Source: Lingula anatina
Lineage: Eukaryota > Animalia > Brachiopoda
DNA length: 64,000 bases
Assembly (NCBI GenBank): GCA_051362555.1
Contig: CM120641.1
Span: forward strand, 46,072,401 to 46,136,400
Reading direction: 5' to 3'
Made by a program: the position numbers and the translations under genes. Positions 1 to 12,600 of the stretch are shown one piece after another. Positions within the stretch are counted from its first letter, which is position 1. Every line of letters begins with the position of its first letter. The notes below the pieces were generated by a model. It was not told the origin of the DNA, ran no database searches, and worked only from the letters and a program-made list of their open reading frames with translations.

Positions 1-804
1 GATGTGATCATTTATCTTCAACTTCCATCGTGAATTTTGAAACAAATAACAAATCTTTCTGGACAGTTTGAATAGTGACTTGCTAATAAATGAAGTTACT
101 TTTACTTTATGTACTTTTATAACAGCTATTTTATATTTAGATTATTGAAGCTAACAAAGTATTAAAACTATAAAACCAAGAGGTGCAAATCACATATTAA
201 CAAATTTTCACTTTCTGTGTATCAGTTACTCCTCTCCAGTCCAGCTTATGAACACTTAGGATTGCTTCCTAAAAATAAACCTGTACAAGAACAGTCTGCA
301 GAAGTACCGTCACCTGCGGAAGTGCCATCACCTGCGGATGCTAAAGCTTAATTGCGAATAGATGTGTGAAAGGCTAGAAGCTGGAAAACAGAGGATGTGG
401 AAGCAGAAAGAAATTTTGATGAGAAGGTTCTTTTGGAGGAATCATCATGGAAGGAATTCGTGAAGCACGTAATGATGAGAGAGGAATGACAGTTTGTGGT
501 CAGAGCACAGTGACAAAATTTAATAGTTTCAAATACAGCATCTTCTGAATTGACACAGCAAGAGGTAAAATAAAAACTATTGGGAAAACAGAAAGCAAGA
601 TTTAGCTGAATGTTTTTTTTTTTTTTTTTTTTTTTTACCTCAGACTAAAACAGAATTGATGTCAGATATTACAAAGAACCCCAGTTTGAATGGTAATGGG
701 GAGTGAATGTAGATTTTGTGGTTCATTTACTTGAGCATGATATCTTTACATTTTATTGAATTGTTGCATTATTATTATTATTATCAGATAGCTTAGATAT
801 TTCG

Positions 805-2344
805 TTTATATGTTATATAAAATTTCATTTAGAAACAAAGGGAGTGAACTGACAAGCATCTAATACATCTTAATCATTTCATCTTCACATAATACAACTG
901 CTTTCTTTAAGGATGTTAACTTTCCATTATACCCTGTATATTCACAACTTACGGAAACTGCCGATAGGAAAGATGGAAGTTTAGGGAGTTGTCAACCTTG
1001 ATAAAAGGATAAAGATAGCATAATATGACTATTACTGATATTCTGAATTATTTTTCCTATTTATTTAAGTTTTCCAAAGGCTATTCCATCAAAATTGTTG
1101 GAGTGGGGTGGGAGCCTTTCCAATTCCATCCAATATACCTTTCTGTTGCTACCATGCAATACAGTCAATTTGCAGGCATTACCCTTGCACTTAAGTTGTT
1201 TGGTAATTTTAGTCCAAACTGCCTGTCCCACCAGTCATGACTGCTTGTAATGTCAGAGGCAAGATTTTTTATACCGCATGTCCATATGTAAAAATACAAT
1301 ACCCATCCTATGGTGTCCAAATCCTGTGACAGCATTGCTTTGTTTAGACCTGCACAGAATTGGGAGAACTTGCAGATTTCTTGTTGGTGAATATGATCAT
1401 TATATAAGTTTTTCACTTTTTACAAAAAACGTTGCCACTTGAATCATTGCAAATCGGTCATTAGAAGTCACCTTTCCATGAGTCCTGAATTGTTCTCTTT
1501 TGTTTGGTTGTCGTAATCTTTCTTATTTTGATTTCTTTCCTCAATTGTTTTTCTTTTGTTAACTTCTCTGTCGGACTTGATAAGAAGAAATTTTTCCATT
1601 TTTGACGGCCCAAGATGAAAGCACGTGGGGAAAAAACTACACTTGACGCACGGCGTAAACTCATATGTTTACTCATAATTTTGGGACTCGAGAACACTGG
1701 ATATGTCAAAATAATGAAGCTGTTCAAATCTTACTTGTCATAGATGATACTGTGGAATTTATAAATGCAAACAGTTTCAAAGGGATTTCTGGAGTAATGC
1801 AAACAATTTGAAAGGGTTTTCTAGAGTATCTCTTTCCTCCTCTGCTTCCCTTGAGAGCCATGTTGTTTCAGACAATGTCAATTGTCCACTAATGGAAAAT
1901 GTTGCAGACTTTTAACCCCCACAAGTTTGCTTGCCCATTTAAATCATACCTTATCGAATGTTATATGATTTTCTGTGTCCATCGCATCCAACTGATGATT
2001 GCCAAGTGCGATGTGTTTTGTCCAATCCTCATCATGGTTGTAATTGGGCCTGAGTAATAAAGGCCTGTAAATATTCTGGGGTTGTAGCCCCTGCACCACT
2101 TTTCCTTAAATTTTCTTTAATTTTTTTAATATTTTTGTTTTATATGTTATATAAAATTTCATTAAGAAACAAGGGGAGTGAACTGACAAGTATCTAATAC
2201 ATCTTAATCATTTCATCTTCACATAATTAAATACTACAACTGCTTTCTTTAATGATGTTAAGTTTCCATTATACTCTGTATATTCACAACTTTCGGAAAC
2301 TGCCGATAGAAAAGATGGATGTTTAGGGAGTTGTCAACCTTGAT
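805..2344. repeat. Pair of ~200-bp direct repeats (805-1002 and 2138-2344)
   Basis: Both copies read tttatatgttatataaaatttcatt...gggagtgaactgacaag...gtttagggagttgtcaaccttgat, with scattered substitutions and a small indel. Confidence 0.9.
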
Positions 2345-3240
2345 TTAAATTTTTTATTTTCACCCTGCAGCACTCTGCGTCCTTCATGATGTTGTATTTC
2401 TGTAAATATAAGTATGGAGAATGAATTAATTAAAGCGAATACCACACAGTGATACAATACGGAATATAAAAATAGAACTCAAAAGCTTATCAACTACTTA
2501 TTGCAAATGCCAAGTGAAACCTGAGTTTAATCACCTCTGAGGGTTGTAATGTACTTAGTCTTTAGTTCTTTGGATATCGCCTCGTATACATGTGTGTTTC
2601 TATGGCTTGAAAATCCTTTTTGATGTACGGGCTTCCCCCAATCTTCAAGCAAACTCCACACTTCTGTATCTAGCCACTCTTTCTCCATCTTGGAAATGTT
2701 TCCCGCCATGTACCGCGCCAGTATATACTACCACCAAGAAATAAGTTCCTAAAACTACATAAATGTATGTATGTAAATGTTTAATCATGCACTGTTCTTT
2801 GGGCAAGAAAACTTCTATGCTTCTTGAGCTGAAGCTCTCCAACCTGTGGTGCCAACGGGGACAGAGAGAACTGAAAAGCCATGTTTTAAGACAATCCATG
2901 TGGGCCCTTGAACTTTGGCGTAGCCAAGAAGAGAATCTTTGAGAGTGACTGTGTCCTCACCAATATTGTATGCTCTCCAGCATGTGACACCATCTTCAGA
3001 AAAATGAAAATTTTTGAAACTTGTCACTCCACCCCATGTGTGCTTGGTCAGAAACTGCTGACGCAGGTTCAGCTCTGCAAGGCCATCTGCACAGCCCTTT
3101 ATGCCAATAGAGGAATCACAGGCAGAGTACATATCCTCTGCTGTAAGGACATCAGGCCTTCATGAATATATCTTCTGATATAAGACTTCTTTCTGCCACA
3201 GGTGTCTTTCCAGCTTGTGCCTCACTAAAATCATACCGGC
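1550..3240 (-). pseudogene. Degraded C-terminal half of a DDD-type DNA transposase with C2H2-like tail (tentatively Sola3-like), interrupted by other inserts
   Basis: Frameshifted minus-strand motifs in the expected order: RYDFSEAQAGK..SYIRRYIHEG.DVLTAEDMYSACDS (3240-3115); TKHTWGGVTSFKNFHFSEDGVTCWRAYNIGE; EDWTKHIALGNH..TFDK (~2035-1950); W/ALKGSRGGKRYS (~1860-1820); MSKHM..F..RQKWKNFF (~1680-1585). Superfamily assignment is from memory of the FSEAQxGK motif. Confidence 0.6.
2527..2709 (-). pseudogene. Myb/SANT-like (trihelix, Myb_DNA-bind_4 type) N-terminal fragment, typical of PIF/Harbinger ORF2
   Basis: KEWLDTEVWSLLEDWG...RNTHVYEAISKEL matches the W-x3-E-x3-LL-x2-W...RN-x2-VYE-x-IS-x2-L pattern; truncated before the third helix. 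Confidence 0.7.
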
Positions 3241-3285
3241 TTATTTTTATTCCACTTCTGACTACAAAGGAGCACAATTGTTAGC

Positions 3286-3321
<36 letters not shown>

Positions 3322-3406
3322 AAGGCAAAGGTTACTTCAGATATCAGTATTTATTCCCTCTGATCAATCAGAGAAGAAGTCTCTCTCTCTAAATCTATTT
3401 TCTTAC

Positions 3407-3709
3407 CTGTCTACTGCTACATGTACTGGAAGCAGAAGAAGCTCTGTCTCTGTCCAGTGGCAGTGATCGTGCTGCTGGACGGGATCGCGAAAAAAGATGT
3501 CTGTGTTCATTGGTCACTGTGTCCGAGGTGCTTGCCGTTTCCTCCTGCTGGCCATCATCGGTTGCTACAGTAGCAGCTCTGCCTGTTGTGGACGTGGTGG
3601 TGGTTGTTGACGTCGCTGCTGATGCTGGCCTGCTATCAATATATTGCTGCCACATCGTATTGGCATGAGCAAGTAGTTGCCCTATTTCTCTTGGAATGTC
3701 TTCTGCCAT
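3407..3709 (-). pseudogene. Orphan first-exon-like fragment (MAEDIPRE...VTNEHRHLFSR...SSRQ|gtaag), probably transposon cargo
   Basis: GC-richer open frame with ATG at 3709 and a strong GTAAGA donor at 3406. It has a Ser/Thr-rich linker and an EHRxLF motif; no downstream exon was found. Confidence 0.35.
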
Positions 3710-3995
3710 ATCTAATTTCAGTATGATGTGATTGAACGCAATCCTACTATAATATACTAAAACTATATCATGACAATACAAACATGATGAACCACATGTA
3801 CTCGCATAATATGCGGAATTAAAAACATGGAAAAGGTCAAGGACGTTTCAGATCGCTGACGGTGCCCGCGCGCCATCTGGTGTTAAGTCCGCAAATTACC
3901 GTTTGTGGTAACTGATTGTTGAGTTGCGGTAACTGATTTTTGAATCGTTTATTGATTGTTAGATTTTGACAAATGATTAAAATGACCAAAACTAA

Positions 3996-4554
3996 TTAAG
4001 TAGAATTAAAGTTAAAGTAGGTTTTGGCTGTTGAATAGTGCCGATAGATTGTTGAATTGACGTCTGCATTTTTTGCGTGAATGGCGTTCCAAACTTTACA
4101 CTTTGCCATAAACAATTTTTCTGGTGACACAGAAAAAGTTGTCGTGTAGATTTTCTGCACATATCCATCTTGAAAATACCAATAAGCTGTCAGACTTTTG
4201 AATGCCCCCACAGATTTCTTATTGTATGTCCTATCCTTGCTGACTATGAGATATGTTTTCAGTTCTTTCATGGAAAAGTTATCAGGTACGACTGTTAAAT
4301 TTCTATTCCAAGAACTTGCATGAATGTGTTTTCAAAAAAAGTTCAGGTATTAGAGAGGTTTCGCTATCCCTATATTTTTGGTCTTTATCTATTTTTGCTA
4401 ATAGGGATGAATAGTAAAATGCTTCCATGGCCCGTTTTCTAATCACTTCCCCCGGTTTTACAAGTTCACGGTCTTTGTCTTTACTGAGTCCCAAAGATTG
4501 GACATTCTCAATCAGCGCTCCAACATCCAGCGTCTGGTTCTCAGAATCCGTCAA
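3996..4554 (-). pseudogene. N-terminal remnant of a SWIM/YqaJ-type accessory ORF of ISL2EU/Harbinger-related transposons
   Basis: LKTYLI...YNKKSVGAFKSLTAYWYFQDGYVQKI...MAKCKV resembles the AYKSLxAYxYFxxGxV...AKV motif that precedes the SWIM finger. The frame is broken between ORFs 4303-4554 and 3996-4271. Confidence 0.55.
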
Positions 4555-4809
4555 CGAGAACGCGAAAACAAGTGCAAAAAGTGATGACTTAGAAGCAATT
4601 TCTTCAAATTATCGGTGCGCTGGTTCTCGGGCCGGGATAGCGTAACCTCCCTATTACCATGTTACATATCCTTGAAAATTCAGATCGGAACGAGCACTCT
4701 TCGATATGGCATCCGTCGTGTACACTCCACACTCCACACTTGCCCCTTGAAACTTCAAATCCCGCAAAATCTCACATCCTCATGGAGAATTTAGCCGAAG
4801 TCACGTGAC

Positions 4810-5200
4810 CGTGGAAAACACTGGGCCAAGCAGGTTTGCAATAAAACCATTTGGGGGTAACTACTGATTGGTGTTTTAGACCACGTGTGCACTTGTGCCC
4901 ATAGAACACTACTCTTGGGCAAGATATGGGGCACACAGTTCCATCAGTGAACCCAGTACAGTTTCTTAATGGTTACCCTTTTTGCATGGACAACATCTGC
5001 AACTGGGCCTGGTCCAACCATGGCTGGTGAAAATTTTCCAATAAATGCCCATGTTCTCTTAGAATAAAGTTCAGCATTTCTTTTGAAATCGTGGAGAGAG
5101 TAGACTTTTGTCTTCCAAACATTGGTTCCAGATCGGCTAATCCATTTGGATAAACCATTCGTCGTAAAAGAATGGATGGAATAGCCTTGATACATAATCC
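4810..5200 (-). pseudogene. PIF/Harbinger DDE_Tnp_4 transposase fragment
   Basis: Frameshifted translation VYPNGLADLEPMFGR...HGHLLENFHQPWL.../ADVVHAK/G*PLRNCTGFTDGTVCPISCP..FYGHKCTRGLKHQSVVTP/NGFIANLLGP, containing the catalytic GFxDGT and YxGHK motifs. Confidence 0.85.
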
Positions 5201-5266
5201 CCGTGTCTGTGTCTTACTAAGTAAGAGAAGTTTGATGTTTGATCAGCATTTTTTATATTGCTGTGC

Positions 5267-5319
<53 letters not shown>

Positions 5320-6674
5320 AATTTTTGATTCATTAGTCATGTTATGTTTGGTATCTCTAGCTTGTTATCACTACCCAAGCTAAGCACAAAATGTGCAAAC
5401 TGTTTTCTATTTAAGTTTTCTGATGTTGTATTGCAGAAAATTACACAATTATTATAAAGAATGACAATAAATAATTTTTGGGGCATTTTCCAATTCTTTT
5501 TTTGTTTGTTTGTTTGTTTGTTTAAGAATTGATAATAATAATAATAATAATAATAATTAAGGTATGCATTTAGTGATTGGCATGTTCATATATCACCAAT
5601 CATATTTTGATGTATGTTTTCAGCTTGTATAGGCATGCACAACTGCATGATCAGTGATGAAGCATTCTGTCCTTTTTTTTAAACCATCACTTTTATGAAT
5701 TATAATTACAATTATTACGATTATTTAAATTGTTCCGATTTCATTATATGGTAAATGTAAGAAATATCAGTTACACAGTTAAAATAAGGTAACAACTTAC
5801 AAAATTTCCTCACTTAAAAATAAATAAATATTTTTAAATGCATGAATCCAACTCGTCAATATGAAGAGACAAACTTTTCAAAATTATTGAGAGGCCCATT
5901 TTCAAGTTTAACAAAATTATCAAAGTGGAAAAAAAATTGTTGGCAGAGAATCGTCTTCCAACAAAATTTTCAAGACAGCAACTAGATTTTCAAGTTTTTT
6001 ACCATATTACATGCACAGTGACTGTGTTGAGTACAAACAGTGGAAGAATATTTGTTATCTGTGAAGAAATGCTTCAGTCAAAAACAGGAAGGGAGCTTTG
6101 ACAGAGAATTTTTTGTTGTGTTGAGAACAGGAAGAAAATGGACAGCTATTATTTGTTGGATGGTGAACTTTAATTAACAGAGATTACAACTTGCTGAATT
6201 TATTCTTCTTGTCATTTAGACTGTAAATTTTTTAAACCCGTAATACAGTTTTAAATGTCAGTTTTTACTGTTTTGATTTGATAAATGCATTAGATAGTTA
6301 AAAAAAAAGAATGAAATAAAATCACTTTAAAGACAAACAATCACAAAGACAACACAATGAAATGGACTAGATAGATAATTAAGAAATAGTGTTATTACAA
6401 GTACTTGACTGTAGAAAATAATGTGCAGAAATGTATATAATATAAATAATAATGCCCATTGATCTACACATTTGTGAGCACGTACAGGAATGTTGAAAGT
6501 ATTGAGATTATTATCCAAGTAAACAGCTTTTTCGATTTGATGCATGGAACATAAGAGTGCATCTGCTGGCCGTTAATGAATTCACATGGGCTGGCTTTGA
6601 AAATATTTCACAACACTTCAGAAAGTCAAACTCTGCTAGTCTTTTTGTCTCAATTTCCAGACGAGTATTATCAT

Positions 6675-9600
6675 TCATAAAATTTCCTTTTTTGCATTTT
6701 TGATCTTATACCATTCTATCATTCTCTTAACATTCTGATCTCTTCTCAATAGAAAATCCTTTCCTCCGAGAAAAATGGTAGAGAAGTCTGACATGTTAGA
6801 TTTTTTTATCAATAGTACTTTCTGCTTCAGTGGTTCTAAAGTTGTGCTGCAGTTACAAGTGTCCTTTGTGACAACCTTGATCCTCTTCTTCAGCTGAGGT
6901 TTGCTATTATGTCCCATCCAAAATAACATCTGCACATTTTTTAGGATGACTGCAGAGAATGGAACAGAATACCGTTTTGCAACTTTCCCTTGCAAAACTG
7001 GAAAATAGAAGAGTGGTACTACAAAGAGTTTCTTGGGATATATTTATTTTTGTCTCATTATTGCAGCCTTGCTAAGAGGAAAGCAGTAGTTGGGAGGAGT
7101 GATGTCTGAGCCACTAATATATAAGATGTTGGATAATGCAAAATAAGAAAAAAAATGTGGGGGGAAAAAAGTCATAGGCATAAGGGCAAGAGAGTTATAG
7201 TTTTGGCAAGCAGTGATGACTATCATTAGATTACCATTATGGAAAAAATAAAAAAATGAATAACCAGATTTTGGATAAAAAAGCATGAATAAGTACGATA
7301 AGGCACCAGCAGTATTGATTTTTTGGAAGTAATCCAGTTTTCTGCTTTGTGGAATTGAAAAGAAGGGATAAGGCAACACAGAATCGAAAGCAAGCTTAAA
7401 CAAAGATAATCAGCCGTTAACCATCATGAATTGTTACTGTTTAAATTCTGGCCTAGTCTTAGCCAAACATCAATAATTAAGCCATAATAAAAGTGCAAAA
7501 TAAAGAGAAAACTGAATTCAATAGTGGTTTAAAACATGTATTGTTATTGAGCAAAAATAAAAAAGTATGAGTATTTTGAGTACCCTAAAAAATGTTTAAG
7601 GTACTGTTCAATTCGGGTTGCATCCATATAGGTCCCCACACAGATACTCTCCCACACCTGTATTATTCCCCAACACCAAAACTACTACCAGCTTGTTAGC
7701 CAACTTGGCCACCTACATAGGGGGAATACTGATGTCAGGGAGTAATCATGCTGGGAAGCAAAGATGCAGGGGAGTATCGGTGTAGGGGAGTAACAGTGCA
7801 CGTATAGCAATAAATTTACAAGGGATGTATCAATGTGGGGATCTGTCGGAATGGGGTAGTATCGATGTGAATAATGCCAAAAGTTACCAGAGGGGAGTAT
7901 TGGTTGGGGGGGGGGGGGGGGGTAATGACACGATCCCTTATATTCAAGCTTTGGTTAGTAAATAAAAATAAGATTTTAAACATTAAATAATGTTTCAAAG
8001 TGCTATAAAGCAATGTTCTTCAATTTCAAAAAATTGTTATTTTCACATTCTGTTAACAACAATGAAATTGTTAAAAAAAAAAACAGCTACTGGCCTGATT
8101 AAAAAAAGCATGAAAATGTTAATTGTTAGCATTGTCATTACCAACAGAAGAAGAGAGAAATGCTTTTTTAAGAGACTGTCTGTCTGCATGACGGGTAGGG
8201 CAGTCCTGGTGCTCTGATTCAGTACTTCCCCTATTCCTGGGAGACTCCACAATGCTACGTCCTGAACATCTAGTTTAAAGGAAAAAATGTATTTGAAAAA
8301 TGTTGAAAATAAAAATATTGTATTAAAAATTGATTTTGCCATTATGACTTACTAAGCATTGATTTTCACAATTAAAATAAAAATTCCTATTTAACAATTA
8401 AAGACTTAGCAAACATAAAAACAATCTGGGATAACTTGGAACAGAAAAGTGTTCAATTGGGTATTTTTATATATGCAAGGCAAAAAACCCTCACATGCTC
8501 TTCTGAAGTTTTGCATTTTTGTGTACAACAAACATGCAGCACAAATCCACTGTATTGTTGTACAATTGTGTGCCACAGCAATCATAGCCTTGACCTTGAC
8601 CAGGGTGAAGGACACCTCTGCAACAAGTGGCTTGACTTGGATCAAAGCAGCTGTCTCCACACTGTTGAAATCCCCTACTATGTAGATGTCCTCGACAGCA
8701 TGACTAGATAATATAAATGAATTTACTATGTTGAAATGAGCAAAAATGTTGAATATTTCATAAAAGGGATTTTATTGATTTCATGTGTGATATCCAGCAA
8801 ATCAATGAAAAAAAGTATCGAAAATAAAGGTGATAAAGCATTTAATGGACTCGATGTTTTGTGTATATTTGTAAAACATACTTTTTCTGATTGTTGGATT
8901 TTTTCCTGAAAATTTGAGTTAAAAAGCTACTATAACAGTCTGGTAATGCAGACATTTGTTAGGGACAACATTACTAAGGCTTATACCACGGCTGACGCTT
9001 CGAACAATAGGATAATTGCACTTGTATTCTGCATACATGCTTGCTTTTATTGTACCACCAGCGTTGGCGCTGGCGGTACACATGGTTTTAGTCCCGTCCG
9101 GTCCGTTCCGCCGGCTCCTGCGGCTCCGCCGCCATGTTACCGTTACCGCTTCTCCTCCTAGACGGTAAGGGCCCCCATACCCATCTCTTGGATTTAGGTC
9201 ACCTATAATCTCAACTCGTTCCACGTAAAATTTGGGCTTTGTCGGTATTGGGGTCTAGGTGTGGCATTCATTGCAATGCACCCTTGTCCAAAAATGGCAA
9301 AATTAAATGCTAATTATCTACCCTACGGAAGGAATTATGGGAAAAATTTCTACAGACGGCTTTCCAAAAGTCATATGTGTAGATTTCAAATATGCCCTTG
9401 GATTTGACCTTTGACCTTTATTTCAAGGTCAAACAGGCCAAATTTTTCAAAAAAATTAATTTTTTTACGAAAAAAAAATTATTTGCGCTGTTATTCAGAC
9501 ACCACACAGACTTAACCAATAATATTATTGGAAAATGATACCCTTCAGGTCATCTTTCATCTCCGTGAATTTGGGGTCAATCGGTGCATTTTAACGGAAG

Positions 9601-12600
9601 TAGCGGCCATAAGATACCGAAACTGAAAACTGTCTCTAATTCGGGGACCGTTAATGCTAGAGACCCATTCTTTTTTGCATTTTGTAGAGCATGTAAAGCC
9701 CAACACTGAAGGTGGTCTCCGTTTTTTTGTATTCCATACGGTTTTCGAGCTACGCTGTGTCAAAAAGTACATATTGGTGGTGAAAGCAAAATGTGCAGTA
9801 CGGTAATGGATAATAAATTTTGAACTCTGGAAAAATAAAACATAAGGCTTGGCAAAGCAGACAACTTGTGGTCAAAAATGACATTATTTCATCAAATTTG
9901 AACTTCTGGAACTTCAGAGCACCTCCCATTTCAAGAATTTCGACCAAAATGACCTTTTCTTTATTTTAATTAATTTTTTCTGTAGGAAATATATGGCACA
10001 TTAAGGTAACTCCAAAATTATAACATTTAGTCCCTTATATCTCCAAAACTGGCAGAGATAGGTCCATAGTTACTATTGAAGTTGAATAGGAAGTCATATA
10101 CTGGCAATCTAAATGTGACCTTGAAATTGACCTTTGACCTACTTTTCACCATGAATTGAACTTTGCAAATTTTGCTTCCCTTTTATCTCCAAAACTGGCA
10201 GAGATAGGTCCATAGTTTCTATTGAACTTGAAAATGAAGTCATATCCTGGCAATCTAAATGTGACCTTGAAATTGACCTTTGACCTACTTTTCACCATGA
10301 ACTGAACTTTGCAAATTTTGCTTCCCTTTTATCTCCAAAACTGGCAGAGATAGGTCCATAGTTACTATTGAAGTTGAATAGGAAGTCATATACTGGCAAT
10401 CTAAATGTGACCTTGAAATTGACCTTTGACCTACTTTTCACCATGAATTTAACTTTGCAAATTTTGCTTCCCTTTTATCTCCAAAACTGGCAGAGATAGG
10501 TCCATAGCTTCTATTGAACTTGAATATGAAGTCATATACTGGCAATCTAAATGTGACCTTGAAATTGACCTTTGACCTACTTTTCACCATGAACTGAACA
10601 TTGCAAATTTTGCTTCCCTTTTATCTCCAAAACTGGCAGAGATAGGTCCATAGTTACTATTGAAGTTGAATAGGAAGTCATATACTGGCAATCTAAATGT
10701 GACCTTGAAATTGACCTTTGACCTACTTTTCACCATGAACTGAACTCTGCTAATTTCTTTCTCTTTTAACTCCAAACCTGGCAGAGATAGGTCCATAGTT
10801 ACTATTGAAGTTGAATTGGAAGTCATATACTGGCAATCTTACTGTGACCTTGAAATTGACCTTTGACCTACTTTTCACCATGAACTGAACTTTGCAAATT
10901 TTGCTTCCCTTTTATCTCCAAAACTGGCAGAGATAGGTCCATAGTTTTTATTGAACTTGAATAGGAAGTCATATACTGGCACATATTGGTGCTGAAAGCA
11001 AAATGTGCAGTACGGTAATGGATAATAAATTTTGAACTCTGGAAAAATAAAACATAAGGCTTGGCAAAGCAGACAACTTGTGGTCAAAAATGACATTATT
11101 TCATCAAATTTGAACATCTGGAACTTCAGAGCACCTCCCATTTCAAGAATTTCGACCAAAATGACCTTTTCTTTATTTTAATTAATTTTTTCTGTAGGAA
11201 ATTTATGGCGTATTAAGGTAACTCCAAAATTAAAACATTTAGTCCCTTATATCTCCAAAACTGGCAGAGATAGGTCCATAGTTACTATTGAAGTTGAATA
11301 GGAAGTCATATACTGGCAATTTTACTGTGACCTTGAAATTGACCTTTGACCTACTTTTCACCATGAACTGAACTTTGCATATTTTTCTTCCCTTTTATCT
11401 ACAAAACTGGCAGAGATAGGTCCATAGTTACTATCGAACTTGAATAGGAAGTCAGAGATAGGTCCATAGTTTCTATTGAACTTGCATGGAAAGTCATATA
11501 CTGGCAATCTAAGTGTGACCTTGAAATTGACCTTTGACCTACTTTTTATCATGAATTGAATTTTGCAAATTTTGGTTCCCTTTTATCTCCAAACCTGGCA
11601 GAGATAGGTCCATAGTTACCATTAAAGTTGAATATGAAGTCATATACTGGCAATTTACTGTGACCTTGAAATTGACCTTTGACCTACCTTACGATGAACT
11701 TAACTTTGATTGTACCATTTTAAGTTATATATATTTTTTGCATATTTTGAAAATTCTTGTTGATTGCATTTTTACAGCTTGTCAAGCATAAGACTGGTGG
11801 CTGTGTCCCTTCTTTTGTGTATGTGGGGGTCTATACGAATGCGCTTGCTCCAGCTGGTGGTACAATATTCGGAGGCGGTATCGCCTCTCTAATCCTCTAG
11901 TTTTCATATGCTTTGGTGCATTCATCCTGTTGTTTGAGGCGCCAGCCACAGTATAATTCAGTTACAACTACTAGTCATCGGCTGTGCCTCAGTATAATTT
12001 CGCTCTTATATGTTGCATACAGTGTTGTAACTAGTACATAAACTCATCGTAGTTATTTCCCTTGCACTTACCTGTGTATATATATTATATAGTCTGGCAA
12101 TTCCGTTTTCAGGGTCTAGACAGCAGTCCATTATGTCTGGTTGATTGGTTGAAAGAACTCGATTTCCACAGCAGACTGCATTTGATTTGTTAAAGAAATT
12201 GTTACCACAGCAACCGAGCTGGCCATTTATCAATTTACCTTAAAACAAATAATAAAGATATATACTACAGATTGTTTTATTTTCTGATAGTGGCTATAAG
12301 AGAATATTCCTTTGTTACTTTGTATAGATTTAAGGATATTGTAACCCTTTTTTATCATCCAGATACCGAAAATGAGTATTTTCCTGCATCTAATTATTCA
12401 ATAATGCAACTATCTTTATGCTGATTAAAAACTATGAAAAAGCCCTCGAAAATATAAAATATCAGCATTTATGTTGTTTCATTGCAATATATAAGCATAG
12501 GCAACTCAAAGCTTAAATCGTCAATTTAACACCTTTCTATGGGGCGTAACTTCATCCCTAAACAAGATTTTATCATGAAAATTCGCAGAGTTGTCGAGGA

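Noticed and set aside
9557-11552. Repeated short ORFs (MVEILEMGG..., ...PVYDFLF...)
   Set aside because: Chance frames through the non-coding element and its satellite; no domain or splice support.
10035-11700. CRISPR-like regularly spaced repeats
   Set aside because: Units are contiguous near-identical 146-mers with no unique spacers and no cas genes, in a eukaryotic intron; this is a satellite.
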